Positions 60,999 to 64,000 of a stretch of DNA of 64,000 bases are shown here, piece by piece. The DNA is from the human T2T-CHM13v2.0 reference genome, Homo sapiens: NCBI RefSeq assembly GCF_009914755.1, contig NC_060927.1; one strand, given 5' to 3'. Position numbers and translations under genes: made by a program. Numbering within the stretch: the first letter of the stretch is position 1; every line of letters begins with the position of its first letter. Below the pieces are notes generated by a model. The model had not been told where the DNA came from. It saw only the letters and a program-made list of their open reading frames with translations, and made no database searches.

Positions 60999-62252
60999 TG
61001 TGTTCCGGAAGTCCCCAAAATCAGCCTCAGGTTTAATGATTCATTAAAAGAACTCCAAAAACTCAAAAAACCATTAAACTCAAAATTGCATTTTATAAAA
61101 GTGAAATAATATAGATTAAAATCATCAAAGGAAAAAGACACATAAAGCAGGGTTCAGGAAAGACCAGGCATGGAATTTTATGTTGTTCTCTTCCTGTGGA
61201 GTATGTAGAGTGCCTACTTTTCTCAGCAGCCATGTTTGGCAAAAAACCACTGAGCATTACCAATCAGGGAAGATCATCTGGGCCTTGGAATCCAGGCTCC
61301 TCATTGGGAGTTGGTCACTGAGACATGGTTGACTATCCATATGTCTGACGTTATGTGAAGGAAGGAATTTAACCTTATAGGAGGTATTGTTATTTAGATA
61401 AACACTTGTAATTGCGTGATAGGAGTGCCTTTGCTATTTATGGTGGGATTTTTCACCCACATCTCATAGTTTATGCTAACAAGATGAGTCGGAGTTGGGG
61501 CTGGCCATGCCAGAAAGACCAACAATACAGTTAGAGGTTTGGGGGTTTGGGTCACATGATATCAGGCTGATTTTAAGGGTTGGTGAGAGAGGCCAGTTAA
61601 ATTGAGTTCAATCCCTTGAACAATGCATCAATCATATATAGATAATAAAGTATCAACACAATTTCAGGATACCGAAGCTCTCATGAGCTTCCTGAGTTGG
61701 CAATACTCCATGTATATTGCCACGCATTGATGCCAGAAAAATAATGCATCCCTGAGGACAATGGAAACTTTGCATTTGGAATTCTCCCAGACTTTGCCCC
61801 ATGTGTCTCTTTCTTTGGTTGTTTCCAGTTTGTATCCTTTTCCTGTAGTAAATGTGACCACAAGTACAATAGTTTTAAGGGAATCATGTTAAGCCCAGCA
61901 AATTGTTGAACCTTAGGTAGTTTGGGAAAACCCCTGAACTTGCAGTTTGTGTCAGAAGTCTTGGGCAGACTTAGCAGTCTGGGGGATTGTGCCCTTCATT
62001 TTGACTAAACTCCTTTGTAACGTTATTCTCTAGCCCCTCCAAAAGTCAAGCTGACACCCTGAATTCAAAGCCCCCACCATAAATCACACTGTCAGCAGGG
62101 ACTATCTGGCATGTCTACTCAGGTACCCCCTAGTATATGAAGACAATATTAGGAGGCAGAACATTTCATGGGCTCAGATGTTATCACCAAGGACCTTGAG
62201 GAAAAAATGTTCACACTTTTCTTTGGCCAAGGATAATCTTTTATTGTATATC
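60999..62252 (-). mobile_element. MER68/MER77/MER21-group LTR split by a related LTR
   Basis: Pieces 60999-61353 and 62026-62252 rejoin as gtctgacgtta|ttctctagcccctcc. Confidence 0.7.
61354..62020 (+). mobile_element. MER77/MER21-group solo LTR
   Basis: Starts tgtgaaggaaggaatttaacc; perfect 5-bp TSD cgtta at 61349-61353 and 62021-62025. Confidence 0.8.
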
Positions 62253-62317
62253 CACCCACTAGCATTTGAAAATATAATTTCTTCTACCTTTTCCATGCTT
62301 ATGAACCAAATAACAGT

Positions 62318-62678
62318 AAAAATTAGTATGTTGAAGCCTTAACCCAGAGTGTGACTATATTTAGACATAGGCCCATTAAAGAGGTAATTAATTTTAACTG
62401 AGATAATAAGGGCAGGGTTTTCAGTTCAGTAGGACTGATATGCTTAGAAGAAGAGGAAGAGTCACCAAGGATACACTCACTCAGAGAAGAGACCATGTGA
62501 GCGCACAGTGACAAGGTGGCCATCTGTGAAGCAAGGAGAAGGACCTCCGGAGAAACCAACTCTGCTGGCACCTTAATCTTGGACTTTCAGCCTGGAGATG
62601 TGACAGAAAATAAATTTCCATTGTTTAAGTCATCCAGTCTGTGGTATTTTATTATGGCAGCCACAGTAAACTACTACA
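62318..62678 (+). mobile_element. MLT1B-like MaLR solo LTR
   Basis: tatgttgaagccttaacccag, gctggcaccttaatcttggactttcagcc, aaaataaatttccattgtttaag, ending aactactaca. Confidence 0.85.
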
Positions 62679-64000
62679 CCTATGAAAAACCACAAAGTGT
62701 TAAGATATTAAATATAAAATATCAATCAGCTTTATAAAAGATGTCAATTAAAGTAAATGTGTATCTCATGCCAAAAAAGAAAAACCAGGTGCAAACATTA
62801 TTGTAATATATTCACACTAAAATAAATACAGTATTTCTACCCACTGACAACTCAGGATTTATTATGAGCAGCAAATGTATCCAGTCTTGCTATTGCCATC
62901 TTTTTAAAAGGTTCTTCTATTCTTTACCTCTGTTTAATGAAAATAAACTGGTTGTTATAAAATTCAAATACTCTGTATAGAAGATTAGTACATTTTTATT
63001 GTCTAATATATGCATTTTATTTTTATTTTTTGAGTTTTGATGTATCGAAATCAAAACAATCACATTTTTTTTCTATTTTAAAGAATTGCTAGCAAAAGGT
63101 ACAAATTGCTGTACTTTTCTCCTTGATTTTTTTTTGAATTGAGATTAGTCATGTTTTCTGCACACAGTACTACCTATATAAACAGGCTTTGCTTTAGGTT
63201 TAGAATTTGACTTAAACAGTGAAAATCAGTATTTTCTCTTCCCTCAAATGGCTGTGCTTCCTTTACTTTGAAATTTTATAGAATGATGAATCAAATTTGT
63301 TCTTAAGAGTTGGGTAGAAAAATCAACAACATTTAATGATAAAGAGATGTTAAAATGCTCACATGTATTCTGCACTTGTTACATGGAAGCCATTGTCGTG
63401 GGTCTTTAATATGTGCTACCTCATTTTAACTTCATAGTTAATTTTGTTCTTTGTGAACTTTACAGTTGCAAAGTTATAAGAGGAGGGAGTTCAAAATAGA
63501 AGTAAAAACAAGTAGAATCATTTCTCATGTGAGTATTTTCCATTTTGTTTTTCTTAAAAGAGTCCAATAATAAATGTTCTTTTACTACATCAAAGAATTT
63601 CAGATTGTTGAGATCAAGTAAGCATATCTGTAAAATGTTTCTTATTATTGGCTATTCTAATATCAGAAAATCCTATATAGATATTGTGATTGTTATTTTT
63701 CTTCAATGTGTCTTATTTGCAAGAGATCATACTGAGATTTTAGGCAATACTGCAGTGTTTAAACTAGCTGTATATCTTTTTGTGTATTTGTAAATCAAGT
63801 AGAAACTGTTCCTACATGTGTTGTGCTTTAATTAAACCAGCTGTGAACTTATCACAGGGTTGTATATAGCACCTTGCCAATACATAAAAAATTAACTGAA
63901 CACATATGGGTGATTTCTTTATGCTGGTTGTCCTGAAAGTCAATGAGTGCAGCCACAAGGTCATGTTGACAGCAATCATCAGTATCCCTGTCAAGACAGC

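Overview
Primate (human-like) gene-poor, AT-rich genomic DNA made almost entirely of transposable elements. I found no host protein-coding exon, RNA gene or CRISPR array. The left part is a decayed L1PB interrupted by a THE1 provirus and an LTR12 solo LTR 10 bp apart, followed by old L1M and DNA-transposon fossils. The centre (19541-42140) is one MER4-group provirus with matching GAAG target-site duplications and a tRNA-Arg PBS. Nested inside it are an LTR19-like solo LTR carrying an L1PA, two Alus, an LTR27-like LTR plus leader, a 7.9-kb HERV-T (HERVS71/LTR6, perfect tRNA-Thr PBS) and a 5.7-kb HERV-H (LTR7, tRNA-His PBS). The last two lie 285 bp apart in tandem. The right part is old LINE, SINE, LTR and DNA-transposon fossils. 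The most notable signals are in the HERV-T copy: (1) a reconstructable ~235-codon pre-gag ORF with Cys-rich, Leu-rich and Arg-rich modules; (2) an APOBEC3-like G-to-A footprint; (3) an open p12-capsid frame; (4) insertion inside an old AT-rich inverted duplication. A 96-bp templated insertion at 11535-11630 is also notable. Subfamily names come from recalled consensus sequences and all divergence figures are manual counts, so both need RepeatMasker/Dfam confirmation.
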